From Octopus vulgaris (lineage: Eukaryota), in assembly GCA_951406725.2 (NCBI GenBank), contig OX597818.1, positions 78,678,001 through 78,742,000 of the forward strand: a DNA stretch of 64,000 nt. The letters are read 5' to 3'. Positions 26,282-40,197 of this stretch are shown one piece after another (position 1 is the first letter of the stretch; every line of letters begins with the position of its first letter). The position numbers and the translations under genes were made by a program. Under the pieces are notes generated by a model, which saw only the letters and a program-made list of their open reading frames with translations, was not told the origin of the DNA and made no database searches.

Positions 26282-26805
26282 GGTGGCGAGCTGGCAGAAT
26301 TGTTAGCGTGTTAGATGAAATGCTTAGCGGTATTTTGCCCATTGCTACATTCTGAGTTCACATTCTGCCAAGGTCAACTTTGCCTTTCATCCTTTCAGGG
26401 TTGATAAAAGAAGTACCAGTTGAACATTGTGGTCAATGTAATTGACTCATCATCACCTGCCTCTTTGTGGCAAAATTTGAAACCACCACCACCATTATTA
26501 TTATTATTATTATTATCATTATTATTATTATTATTATTTATTATTAAAGCACCAAGCTGGCAGAATTTTTAAGCATGCTGAACAAAATGTTTAGCAGCAT
26601 TTGGTCCATCCTTACGTTCTGAGTTCAAATTCTGTGGAGGTCAGCTTTGCCTTTCATCTTTTTGGGGTTGATGAAAAAGTACCAGTGGAGCACTGGGGTC
26701 GATTTAAACGACTAGCTCCTTCCCCCAAATTTCAGGCCTTGTGCCTATAGTAGAAAGGATTATTATTACTGTGATATGCATGTATGTGTGTGTGTGTATA
26801 TATAT

Positions 26806-26856
<51 letters not shown>

Positions 26857-27360
26857 TACATATATATATTAAGGCAGCAAACTGGCAGAAATATAAGCAT
26901 GCCTAGTGGTATTTTGTCTGTTTACATTCCGAGTTCAAATTCTGCCGAGGTCGACTTTACCTTTCATCCTTTTGGGGTCAATAAAATAAGTACCAGTTGA
27001 GTACTGGGGGTTGTTGTGATTGACTTGCTTGCCCCCCCTCCCATGATTGCTGGCCTTGTACCAAAATTTGAAACTATTATTAGCATTTTGGCTGTTCTGA
27101 GTTCAAATTCCACTGAGGTCAACTTTATCTTTCATCCTTCCAAGGGTCAATGTAATCAACTTGTCTCCTTCCCCAGAATTTCAAGCTTTGTTCCTTTAGT
27201 AGAAAGAATTATTATTAAGATGCCAAGCTGGCAGCATCTGTAGATATGTTGATTTGGAAGAACTGCTGAGATCAACTTTACCTTTTATCCTTTCACAGTT
27301 GATAAGTACCAGTTGAGTGTTTCAGTTGATGTAATCAACTAACCCCTTTACTTCATTATT
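26282..27360 (+). repeat. Head-to-tail cluster of tRNA-derived SINE copies and fragments
   Basis: Repeated GG(C/T)GGCGAGCTGGCAGAAT...GAGTTCAAATTC...GGTCGACTTTGCCTTTCATCCTTT...AAGTACCAG units separated by (ATT)n tails. The family also occurs at 24397, 39550-40197, 55395 and 61720, and inverted at 5185, 29555-30030 and 35640-36215. Confidence 0.8.
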
Positions 27361-30300
27361 ACTAAGATGTTGGAGTGGGGTAAACAATAATGAACTAATT
27401 TGCCTCCAATATTGAGTTATGTCCCTTTATATTGAATTTCACCGTCATTGATGTTAACTTTGACTTAATTGAGGTACTCAGTGTTAATTTAATGGACTTA
27501 ATCCCATCATTTAAAAGCATGTGGGTGGGTGCTAATGTATAAAACCACCCTTGTGTTGTAAACATGTCACCGTTTATCCCAGTGTATTTTGAGAGCAAAT
27601 CCGTCTGAGTTTAATTTAGCATTTCTTTGTTTTATATTTGATGAAATATCCATGAAATACTGGTGTTGATTCTACTCCAGCCATAGCACATTTGAGACTT
27701 TGTGGTGAAATATTATGGAGTAAGCAGTAAAGTTCTGGTCAATAAGCCACAGACTGGTTCTGCTTCTTAATTGAAGCCATATTGTTTCCTTTATATTGCT
27801 AGCATGATTGGGATAGTCATGAAGGCTACTACATTCAAGTACCCCATCTTTTTTCAATCTTGTGTCTATATCAGAAGTCTTCATCATCATTCTATTTATT
27901 TATGTGCCCTTTTCAAACCTAGCCAGGCTCATGGGCCCGGTTTCTATGGCGTATGTTTCACCAAAGTCGTGTCTTGCCTTTACCTTTGAAACACGGAGTA
28001 GACGAAATGGAGGCGACTGAAGAAAGGGAATTTTCCTTGTGTTGCATGTCTTGTACCCTGTTTTTTCGTTGTTTAAAAAAAATGTCCGTTTCCATGGTTC
28101 TGTTCTTATGTTTTCGTTTCTCATCGTGTTCGACGTTTTTTTGGTATCCTGTACCCATATATGCATGTATATATACATATAGATGTAGGTACGTACATAT
28201 ATGTATGTATATATGCATATGTTTTATTTATTATTTTGTTATTATATGATGGAACACCATGCATCCTCTTCCAAGTGTGTATATATATTTATATATATAT
28301 ATATATATATATTATATTTATTTATTTGTCCTGGGGTCGATTTGTTTGCCTAAACCTTTCATGGTGGTGTCACTGCATGGCTGCAGTCCAGCAATCGAAA
28401 CAAATGAGATTTATTATGATTAGTTTTGCTGCATTAAAAATGATAGTTACTAAACTAAATATTCTTTTTGTATTGTGTTTTGCAGTCAGTAGTTTGGTAT
28501 TGGCCTCAGTTAAATTGATTACACACTTACACTCACAAATTGGAGGCCTTGTGTCTGTTGGTGTACTACAGAATTGGCAATCTGTTAAATGTCTTACTGT
28601 CGTGAGTTACGTCCCTTTATGAGCTGTCGTTCACTAGGCGTTTGTACCATCTGTCAGAAAGTGGTGAATGTTCATAGTGCTGTCTACTGCTATAAGGAGT
28701 AATTGGTGTTATTCTTTTTTGGCTGAACATTCCTGCTGTGATCAGCACATCTTCCCCCACCTTTTTATAGCATCATCCATGACTGTGTTATCCATATGTA
28801 TTTTCTCTTTGTAAAAGGGAGGGTGTGATTTGGGGACGATTTGGCTGCTATTTCTAGCAGGCCATGCAACCATTTAAGTACTTTTTCAGTCATTAGATCG
28901 CAGCTATGCTGGGGCACTGCCTTGAAGAATTTGTAGTGGAATGAATTACCCCAGTACTTTTTCTTTTAAAGCTTGATGCTTATTCTATCAATCTCTTTTT
29001 GCTGAACCGGTAAGTTATAGGGGCATAAACAAACCAAACCAGTTTTCAAGCAGTGGTGGGGGACAAAACACACACACACACACACGACGAGCTTCTTTCA
29101 GTTTCCATCTACCAAATCCACTTACAAAGTTTTGGTTGGCCCAGTCCTATAGAGGACAATACTTAACCAAGCTATCACAGTGACTGAACCCAGAACCATG
29201 TGGTTGGGAAGCAGGCTTCTTACCATGCAACCATGCCTGCATCTGTAGTTAACTCCAAATCAGAACTTGCTTTTGGTCCAGCATAGGGGCCAACTTTCTA
29301 AACTGATATAACTTTCTAACTTTCACTTTTCTCTGCACCAGCATGGCCACAGTCTAATAATATATGGCACCACTATTTGCCACTATTATATGGTATTAAG
29401 GCAAGAAAACATGTGCACACACACACACACATATCAGGCTTCTTTTAGTCTCTGTCTACCAAATCTACTCAAGGTTTTGGCCAGCTTGAGGCTCTCGCAG
29501 TGGGACTCAACACTAAATAGCATGGTTGGGAAGCAAATGTCTAAACCAAACAACCAGTGCTCAACTGGTACTTATTTCATTGAGCCTGAAAGAATGAAAG
29601 GCAAAGTTGACCTCATCAGAATTGAATTCAGTAAATAAAGGTGTACAAAATACCACTAAGCATTTTGCTCAGCATGCTAACAATTTGGTCGGCTCACCAA
29701 AATAATAATAATAATCCTTTCTACTATAGGCATAAGGCCTGAAATTTGTGGGAGGGAACTAATCAATTGCATTGACCCCAGTGTTTCACTGGTACTTTGT
29801 TTATTGACCCCAAAAGAATGAAAGACAAAGTCAACCTTGGTGGAATTTGATCTCAGAACACAAGTAACAAAAATATAGTTTAAAGTTTTGGCACAAGGTC
29901 CGTAATTTGGAGAAGAGGGGCACATCAATTACATCAACACCAGCACTTGACTGGTATTTTTATTACATTGACACTCTTACAACCAAAAATAAAATGGAAG
30001 GTGAAGTCAGTCTCACTGGCATTTGAATGATGATAATAATATAAACAATTACTAAAATATTAATAATACATAAGTAAAGGTTTGTACATATTTGCTTCAT
30101 TTGTCATGATCTTTTACATTATTCCTGAAAAAAAAAAAATCTTGGCTCAACTGTTTAAATTCATCATTTCTAATTTTATTCAAAATGTTACATGAAATCT
30201 GTTGGCAAAGCTTATTGGATGACTTATTATTTAGTCTATGTTACTGTTTAGCCCTGGTTCAAGCTTGATTGAACAGGCCTATAATGAAAGGTGCTCACAC

Positions 30301-33300
30301 TGTGATCATCCTGTCTCTCCTCTTTAGTCAGTGTATCTTGGACTACATCACCCAATGTGCATTTTCTTTTCTAAGACTGAAGGGTGATTTGAAGGAGATT
30401 TAGTTGCTATTTCAAGACAGTCAAACAGCTACATAGATGACTCCTTGTCAAGAAGTGAGTTTTTATTAAGATAATAGTAAAAGTCCCAAAGTTATAAACT
30501 AAAAACAGTCAGACTGGATGGTCATGTCTGTATCATTATTCTCTCTACTTCTGTAAGTCATCTTGCACCCAGGTTGATTAGTCACTCCTTTCTTACTGGA
30601 ACTTTTGAAGTGGTTCCAGCTTGAGCACATGGGGTATTTAAAGGGATGCAGGTTCTATTCCTTGTGACCCTATCCACCCTTATGAGCCTGTTGCCATATG
30701 GTTCACAACTGCTTATTTGCCAAGTGGTCCTGTTATGGATCCCACCTACTTATTTTGCAGCTACCTACATACTTGTAGCCATTATGTTGATACCCCCACT
30801 TGGGGGTGTTTACCCAGGCCCTCCTGCTTAGCAAGATGCAGTCTTATGTCATAGAATTGTTACAATCAGCTCATATTGGAACTGACTGTTACAGTTCTAT
30901 GACATAAGATTCATTTGTGCTCTTTGGATATATTGTATCTGTGCCTCCTAATCTTAGGGTTGTGGGAGTACTGTCACCGTTAGTATTTCATGTAGTGGTT
31001 TCAAAAGAGCGGCTTCTAATTTCCTTTTCTTAGATTAGGTGGTTGGTACAGAATATGTCTTAACTGCTCCCACTGCTTATAGTTGTTGAGAGAACTTTCT
31101 TGTAATGCCTATTCTTTCTCAAAGTGTGTCAGTCCATTGCGAGTTTTGTGTAAAACTATAGTGAGTGAGTAGTTGATGAATGCTATTTTAAGAACTTTGA
31201 TTCTGGTTATCATCATCATCACCATTTTAACATCCACTGTTCCATGCTTGTATGGGTCAGACAGATTTTCTACAGCTGGATGCTCTTCTAGTTGTCCATA
31301 AACAATATAATGTTTCCTCATGTTTTATTTTTCACTGTGAAGATTTTGGTGTGGAGACAATAACAGCAAAACGTTCTTGTATCCTTTCTAAGTTTAGTTT
31401 CAGAGAGTGTAGTGATACAGCTTATTTTTCCATCTCTTTGTTGGTTAATGGCTTTTATCTTTGAGCTTCTCCAGTTGCTGGTATTACATTACAGGGTGTA
31501 AGGTGGTGAGCTGGGCAAAAGGCTTAGTGGCACTTTGTTTGTATTTGCTGAGTTCAAATTGCACCGAAGTCAACTTAACCTTTCATCCCTTCAAAGATTG
31601 ATAAAATAACTACCAGTTGAGTACCAGTACTCAACTTACCCCTCCTCCTAAATTGCTGGCCTTGTGCCAAAATTTGAAACCAATATTACATTATGGGGTT
31701 TTATTGAGAACTAAATTTTGGTGTGTTTTTTTTCTTTTCTTTTATACTGTTATTAGTCCATGTCATGCCTGACCAAGAAAACCCATAAATCTTCCTACAT
31801 TGACCCAAAAACTTGTCTTCAATCCACCAATGCAACAAATCAACTTTAAAATTCTTAATTGAATCAAAAGAATAAAATTTTAATAGTATTTATTTTTAAA
31901 ATTTCATCTCATCTATGTATTGAACACTTTTTTACTCTGTAGTAAAATTAAAATATTTCCATTTTTTTTTTGTTTTTGAAGTTATAATTTTAACATTTCT
32001 CTCTTTATTTTTGAAAGTATGAATCTATTTGAACGTCAAAGAGCATTTGAAAGGGTTTATTTGTATAATTGTTATAATTGGTGTATTTGACTGCACTAAA
32101 CTCATTTGTTTGAATGAAATGTTTTTATGAAATAAAAATCTGGCCACCTTCACACAAAAGTCACTACCTGTTCATTTTCAGTTTACTTTTGAGGTATTTG
32201 AAAGTTGGCCATCATAAATGGACCTCTTAATTATCTAGCTAAATTATCATGTGTGATAGCTATCACCATCATCGTTTTTGTTTTAACGGCCACTTTTCTA
32301 TGCTTGCATAAATTGGATGGAGTTTATTAAGGCAGATTTCCTATGATCAGAGGCTCTGCTTGCTGCCAACCCTCACTTGTTTTCAAGCAAGATAATAATA
32401 TTTCCCTATATACAGATATGTTTTCACAGTGACATTCACTTATATGATGTCAAGACAAGGAATGACATGCACACACACGCCCTCCCTCCACACATGATGT
32501 TTCTTTAGAATCTAAAGAAACAGAATACTCAAAGTTGGAATGTTGTTGATCTTAAGTTTTATCAATAAAAGGCAAACCTGAGGCTCTCATCATAATCATC
32601 ATCCATCATTATCGTCCTCATTTTAACGTTCCTTTTCCCATGCTCACATGGGTTGGATGGAATCTATTGAGGCTGATTTTCCATACAGAGACATTTTTTC
32701 ACTAAATATTGGAAATGTTACCGCTTGTACAATGGTGACATGTTTACAACTCTCATGTGATGTCAGGGTAGTGGGAGAAATGCACAAACATGCATGTGTG
32801 TGTTTGTGTATGTATGTATATATATATATATCTTGTTTCAGTCATTTGTGGCTATGCTAGGCCATTGCCTTGAAGGGTTTTAGTGGAAAAAAATCAGCCT
32901 CATGGTTTATTTTTTGAAGCCTAATACTAATTATATTGGTCTTTTTTGCCGAACTGCTAAGTTACCAGGATGTGATCGCACCACTACCGTTTGTCAATCG
33001 TTGATGACGCACACGTCTATATATGACGAGCTTCTTTCAATTTCCGTCTACCAAATCTACTCACAAAGGCCTTGGTTGTCCCGAGGCCATAGTAGAAGAC
33101 ACTTGCCCAAGGTGCCACGCAGTGGGACTGAACACAGAACCACGTGGTTGGGAAGGAAGCGTCTTATGACACAGCTGTGTTGACGCCTACATACATATCC
33201 AACCTATCCTGCCTTTTCTTTTTAATCCTGTATCATCACTGACCAACTTGATTGATGTCAGTGATACAAACTTTAGCATTTGATTAAGCACCTGCTATTT

Positions 33301-33628
33301 ATTTTTCTAAATCGAAATCATGCTGAGATCAATAAAATAACTACCAGGGGCCGATTTGATTGACTACAGATTTATGACCATATGTCAATGTGAGGCCACT
33401 GGTTAATTTGTTCTGATGGTTATCTTTTTTTTAATTTGCCTTTAAAAACCATATAAAATGAGCTATGGTAGAGCCTGCCCTGATCCTTCGCAAAACTATT
33501 GGGTGCATTCTTGCTTCTCAACCACATGGCTCCGGGTTCAGTCACATTGTGTGGCGCCCCTACTATAGCATCGGGCTAACCAAAGCCTTTGAGTGGATTT
33601 GGTAGACGGAAACTAAATGAAGCCCGCC

Positions 33629-33663
<35 letters not shown>

Positions 33664-33957
33664 TGTCTTTGTGTCAGTGTTTGCTCACTTTTATTGACAA
33701 CCGGTGTTTCTACTTACATCCGGCGTAATTAGCGGTTCCACAAAAGATATCGATAGAATAAATACTTGGCTTAACAAGTCGATTTGTTCAGCCAAAACCC
33801 TTCAAGGTAGTGCTCAAGCATGGTCACAGTCAAATGACTGAAACAAAACAAAAGATAATGCTATATATACATACAATATACACGCATATTCGCGCGCACG
33901 CACACTCGTACAAACACATATACATATATATGTATATAGGCATATATATTAAATATA

Positions 33958-34850
33958 CAAGGGCTAGCTGAAAAGTTTATAGGTTTATTATGAAGGAGTG
34001 ATGCTAGGGCTGTGAAGTCTTGCATGCATTAATTTCAACTCTGTTGATAATTCCACTGTTTCTTTCCCTGTAAACTGACTGTTCAAAGAACATTTCAAAA
34101 GTAACTAGCTTCTAGTCTTGAAAATAGACAAAGTTTGGCATTGTGGTGTTATCAAGTACCTGCAGGAAAAAAGCTTTAGTCGCCCCCCCCCCCCCGAACA
34201 TCCATGCTGACATGGTCGCTACATTAGGAGATGATGCTCCAGCTTTATAAACAGTGCAAAAGTGGACAGCTGAATTTAGGAGAAGGGAGAGTCTTGAATA
34301 ACTCCCAAGGTCCGGACGGCCTGCAGCTGCCACCACCAAGGAAAACATTGATCGTTATCACTACCTGCAGGTGGATGGCAGACAATTGACAATCAAATAG
34401 CTAATGTTATTAACTTATCCTGTGAGAAAGTTCAGAATATTCTGCAGAATGAACTTGGCATGACGATGGTTTCTGCTCGGTGGGTGCCACGTTTTCAGAC
34501 ACCTGACCAAAAGTGCACCAGACTGATTACATCGTAAGAAAATTTGATACTGTTTGAGGTAGGTCCAGCTGTTTTCCTGAGACGTTTCCTAACCAGAGAC
34601 AATCCATGCAGTGGAAATACTGCTCCTAACCTTCTCCAAAGAAGGTCAAGGTCATTTCCTTTGCAGGGAAGGTGATAGCCTCAATTTTTTGAGATGCAAA
34701 ATGCACTGTGTTTCTTGACTATCTTCAAAAGGGCCTGAAACAGTTATAAAAGGTTATCATGACCAAACGGCTAAGAAAACTAACAAAAAAGGACCTTCCT
34801 TTATCAGGACAATTCTCCAGTAAACAAGTCCTTGGTTTCAACGATTGTAT
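33958..34850 (+). pseudogene. Degenerate mariner transposon (5' TIR plus N-terminal transposase)
   Basis: TA|CAAGGGCTAGCTGAAAAGTT TIR-like start. Fragmentary frames IHADMVATLGDDAPAL*TVQKWTAEF, PRSGRP, NILQNELGM..VSARWVPR (mariner WVP motif), with stops and frameshifts. Confidence 0.85.
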
Positions 34851-36819
34851 CATTGGGCAAGGTTGTTTATGGATGACCAGCAGTCGCCCACGCATACCAG
34901 CCTCCCTTCTCCACGCCACCGTTGTTATCCAAGGGCCGATACAGCTTGGCACCAGTGACGTCGCAACTCATTTCTACCGCTGAGCAAACTGTAGCAACGT
35001 GAAATAAAGTGTCTTGCTCAAGAACACCACACACAACCCGGTCTGGGAATCGAACTCACTACTTCATGGTTGAGATCGGAGGCGCTAACCACTGAGCCAT
35101 GGGAGGAAATGTGAAATGGAGAAGATGTGACGTTTCCCTAGCTGTGCTTCTATACATAATATTAGAAAAAGAAAAATACTGGATTATCGCAGCTGCAATG
35201 TCTTTGATCGTAGGTTTGGAGTTTCTGAAGAACAACGCTGTATATTTGGAAATACATCTCCGCCTCCCTAAGATTTAATTAACCGTCAAGCCCCCTACTA
35301 ACTTGCTAATATTCATACTGACGAACTGTCACACCTCCTCATCATCACCACTAATCTTATCACCTCTACCATCATTATCTTCATTATTAGTATCACCACG
35401 ACTGTAGTCATCATTAATAACACCACAGTCACCACCACCATCATCCATATCACGTCTACCATCACCTTCATTAATATCACCAAAATCTATTTCTGCTACC
35501 GCCGTCCCCGTAGCCCACTCCTTCACCATGTGTCAGGAGCTAAAAGGAAATGCTAATTTTTTTTATTAACTGCAATAAATTAAATTAAGATGAAAAGATT
35601 ATTAATACATTACTAATACAGGCAATCGATTGGCATTCTGTAAGATAAAAGGCAAAGTCGACCTCGGCGGAATTTGAACTCAAAAGTAACGACAGACGAA
35701 ATGCCATTAGGTGTTTTGTCCAGCGTGCTAACATTTCTGCTAGCTCACCGCTTTCCTGGTGGCACATATTGCTAAATGTAAGTAGATTAAAGAAAGTTGG
35801 AGAAAGGAAAACGCCATACACATACATACACTATTATACACGAACACCAACTCAAACTCGGGCATGCACACAGACTCACTCATAAATATACATACGCACA
35901 TCTTATAATAATTCTTATTTCTTTATTGCCCACAAGGGACCAAACAGAGAGGGGACAAACAAGGACAGACAAACGGATTAAGTCGATTACATCGATCCCA
36001 GTGCGTAACTGGTACTAAATTTATCGACCCCGAAAGGATGAAAGGCAAAATCGATCCCGGCGGAATTTGAACTCAGAACATAAAGACAGACGAAATACAT
36101 ATTTCTTTACTACCCACAAGGGGCTAAACACAGAGAGGACAAACAAGGACAGACAAACGGATTAAGTCGATTATATCGATCCCAGTGCTAACGTTTCTGC
36201 CTGCTGGCCGCCTAGTTATAATTCTTATAATAATTCTACTTGTCACTCCGTTACTTAGCTCGTCCGTAACGCTGCCACGTGATTAGTTGAAAAGGAGGGA
36301 GGGGAGGAATGAGAGGGGTGTGGTGAGCAAGGGTGGGGGTGGGGAGGTGGTGGTGAGTGAAATGTACAATTTTTGTTTTTGAACTAAGTTTTTTCTCCGT
36401 TATTTACCCCGTTTGTAACGCTTTCACGTGATGAGTTGAAGGGAAAGGCGAAGAGCAAAAGAAAAAGGAAAGAGAAAAAGAAGGTAAGGCGAAGAGTCAG
36501 AGAGAAAGAGTGAGAGTGTTGTATATTAAGGCTATAACATTTTGCTTAAAGTATACAAAGTGTATATACAAAATGCATTAAGTAATCATCATATTCCAAT
36601 TTCCTTCACTTTTCAATGATTAGCAGATAAGACATTATCTTTTGATACAGACACAACACAGGCTATGCTCTCAGGTTTTTTGTATAAAGTTTTCAGAGAT
36701 AATACAATAAGTTTACCATTAACTCCGTGAAATATTCACGAGTCCCACTACTTAACATTGATACATATACTCACGCATACATACACATACACTCACACAC
36801 TATCCATTTCTCTCTCCTC

Positions 36820-36850
<31 letters not shown>

Positions 36851-36912
36851 GTCTCTCTTTCACACACCCACTTCCCCAGGTAAGAAATACAAGTAATTTA
36901 TCACTAGCTATA

Positions 36913-36918
36913 TTTATT
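36913..36918 (-). terminator. Candidate polyadenylation signal AATAAA for the SRCR gene
   Basis: TTTATT on the + strand, ~170 nt downstream of the inferred stop at 37087. Confidence 0.4.
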
Positions 36919-37086
36919 ATCATTAAGTATTTTTGGTTCTTATATAATGAGATCTTAAAGGAAATATTCTGTATGAAGTTGAGGATTTCATTTTACAAAT
37001 CATTAACATGTGTTTGTGTGATCAAATCCATAGGTTCTTGTAAATATTTGCTCCGGCTTTCGTCTTCTGTACAGGTATTGGTGTTA

Positions 37087-37109
37087 TTAACCTATAATCG
37101 CGTCTGGAG
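37087..37109 (-). CDS. SRCR protein, putative terminal coding exon (TPDAIIG*)
   Basis: Strong acceptor ttctctttcattgtttcactacag|CT CCA GAC GCG ATT ATA GGT TAA. Phase 1 matches the previous exon. Confidence 0.6.
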
Positions 37110-38622
37110 CTGTAGTGAAACAATGAAAGAGAAAAATATGTATAGTGTGAGTTCATAAGAAACATTGGAATTTCAATATTTTTAAAGTTTATCTTTTACT
37201 TGTTTCGGTCTTTGGACTGCGGCTATGCCGGGACATCGCCTTGAAACGCCCAGTCGAACAAATCGATCCGAGTACTTATTGCTTTTAAAGTCTGGCATTT
37301 ATTATATCGATATTCTTTGCCGCACCGCTATTGTTATGGGGACTAAACAAACCAACACTGATTGTCAAGCGGTGGTGGGGGACAAATACATACACACACG
37401 CGCACCACGTGCACACACACACACATTCTTTAATTGTTTAAATTGTTTCAGCTTTAAAGCTGCGGCCATGCTGGAGCACTACCGTTATATATAACACAGA
37501 GTTTCACAGAGTTTCTGTCTACCAAATTCACTGTTATATTTTCTAGGATTTTATTGAGCCAGAAGAGCTTTTATTGAGCTTAAATCAATCAAGATTGAGG
37601 TGATCGATGATGCTAGTGCTGACACTCTGTTGGGAAGAGTCAGTTCAGTAAACATTGTAATGTATTACAAAACTATTTCGGACGTTTCGGGTAGTTGCCT
37701 TCATCAGGTTTTCTTCTAAAGGAATGTAATGGTGTGTAGAAACAGCACTTGACCTAGTGGTTAAGGTGTTTTACTCACGATCATAGAGTCATGGGTTCGA
37801 TTCCTGGAGCGAGTGGTGTGTTGTGCCCTTGAGTAAAGCGCTTCATTTTATGTTGCCCCAGTATGTTCAGTTGGAAAATGAGTACTGGATGTGTGCTGAT
37901 GAAGCCCTTTCTCCCTTCACCTACTGTATCCTCGATGTCCCGCTTGGTCAAGAGTGAGTGGTCTGAGAGGGTATCTATTTTTGATCGTGAATACATAGGC
38001 ATCTAAAACATTTAGCTAAAGTATGGCAAATGCTACCCAGTCATACTCGGCTGTGGTAGAGGCAACGAGGGTTGAGAAAATATCAATAAGAAAATGGTAA
38101 GTTGGGGGAAATACAAGTGAATATAAAGGTAAGTATTTCCATTCTTCACTATACTGCGTTCAGGTCCCACGAGCGCTGAATAAGACAACTGGTTCAGGGC
38201 ACACGTTTTATAGCATAAAATGTTATAATATAATATTGATAGTGACACATACTTAAGCATTCTACGTAAGAACACTGTGGTGTCTCAAAGCTCGCTTGCA
38301 CTAGTGAATCACGCGTCTTATTAGCAAACATCGTCCAAAGAAAGATGTTCTCTGATGACGAAATACAATATTGATCAAATATCCACGTTCGACTCTGCCA
38401 GAACGTATTAAGAATTTACAAGTATGTTATTGTTTGGATTCTCGATGTTCTACATGCGCTGCATGAATTTTACTCCCTGATCAAGAATTTTCCTAAAATT
38501 TAGTTTTAATCCCTTCAACATTCACTTCAAGATCCAATATATTTACATGACTATAAAAGAAAGTTAAATAAAAGAGATTTTTACGTCAATGAAGAATTAG
38601 ACTATAAAACAACTCAGCTTAC

Positions 38623-38792
38623 TGTTCGAACAGATGACACCAGCATCTTCATCGTGATTGCAGTTGTGCCAACCCCATTCTAAATGGCTGCAGCTTTCCA
38701 AAGAAAATTCTCTTCCATCACAACCTACATCGTCCAGCCATATTTGTCCACGCGTGAAACCGTGTTTACTCTCTACCGTTGCTTTTCCATAA
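38623..38792 (-). CDS. SRCR protein exon, SRCR domain 4 C-half
   Basis: ttttacag|T...A|gtaagc. YGKATVESKHGFTRGQIWLDDVGCDGREFSLESCSHLEWGWHNCNHDEDAGVICSN is a textbook SRCR C-half. Not in the ORF track. Confidence 0.94.
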
Positions 38793-40197
38793 CTGTAAAA
38801 ACAAATCAGAAATATTTGAAAATAAAGAATTGAATAAATTAACTGTCCTCACTAAGTTGGTGTTTGGAATATAAATTAACATGAAATTTTGACGGCAGGT
38901 TTAGCTCAGACGGAAACTGAAAGAAGCCTGTTGTATATATGTGTGTGTGTGTGTGTATGTTTGTATATCTGTGTTTTCCCCCATCAACATCCCAAAGAGG
39001 AGGCCTATGGGACGGTGTGTGTGTGTATGTGTGTGTGGTGTGTGTGCGTGTGAGGGAGAGAATGAAAGAGAAAGAGAGAGAATATGTGTGGGTGTGTAAG
39101 TGAATTTCACAATATAGAATCAAAACAGAGTTATCTTGTTTGCATTTTTTCTTACTTTTAGAATATTGCTTTGTTTAATTTTATTTCAAGTCAATAAATA
39201 TTTTTCTTTTGAAAATTAGTATTTATTTTATCATGCTCTATAAGCACCAAAACTGTACTTCCAAAGTTACTCTTCATATGACGAGTTAATTAGCAATTAA
39301 ACTTCTGGACAACTGGAAATATTTAATGACATTAAACTAAATTATGTAAGTTAATGTAGTTCACATATCTCAGTTATTAATTAAAAAAATAAATAATAAT
39401 CAATATTGATTATATTAAACCAAATTATTTCAGACACATTCAGTCTCTAAATAACTAGAATCGAGAAATAATTTTGCAAAAATTTGTTTTCTTCTAAAAT
39501 GCATTAGACGAATGTTCACCGTCCACTAGGCATTATTTATCATATCTAGGGTAGCAGAATCATTAGCTCGCCGGATAAAATGCTTAGAGGCATTTAGTCA
39601 GTCGTTATTTTCTGAGCTTAAATTCCGCCGAGGTTGACCTTGCCTTTCGTCCTTTCGGAGTCAATGAAATAGGTACCAGTTGAGCACTGGGGTCGATGTA
39701 ATCGACTAATCCCTCCCGCCAAACTTCAGGCCTTGTGCCAATTGTAGTGAGGATTATTTATTATATCTATGTTAGTTAAGTTGCTAGAGTATCATATAAA
39801 GTGCTTTGTAGTATTTGTTCTATCTCTTTACTTTCTGAGTTCAAATCCAGCTGAAGTCAAGCTTCGCTTTTATCTTTTCGGCATCGAGTAAATTTTGTAA
39901 GTACTAGTACTTCGCATCGACTAACTCCTCTTTCACGAAAACTTACTGACCTTGCACCGAAATCAGTAACATTTATTAGGGCGGTGGAATAGTAGAAACT
40001 TTAGTGCGTCGGACAAAATACGTTGTGGCTATTCGGTTATCTTTCTTTACGTTCTGGTTCAAATCCCACTGAGGTCAGCTTAAGTTTTTATTCTTTCGGG
40101 GTCGAGGAAATAATTCACCGATCACATAATAGAGTCGATATGTTCAACTAGCACCTTCCTCTTAAATCTGCAGTGTTGTGTCTAAATTGGAAACAAT

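Noticed and set aside
35329-35529. Asp/Gly-rich ORF on the minus strand as a further SRCR-gene exon
   Set aside because: It is a degenerate (CAT/CAC)n low-complexity tract lying beyond the inferred stop and poly(A) signal.
38320-38500. Possible alternative SRCR terminal exon (RKFLIRE*) or LDDVC-like SRCR relic
   Set aside because: The acceptor is weak and the SRCR-like word is isolated and followed by a stop; it cannot be supported without transcripts.
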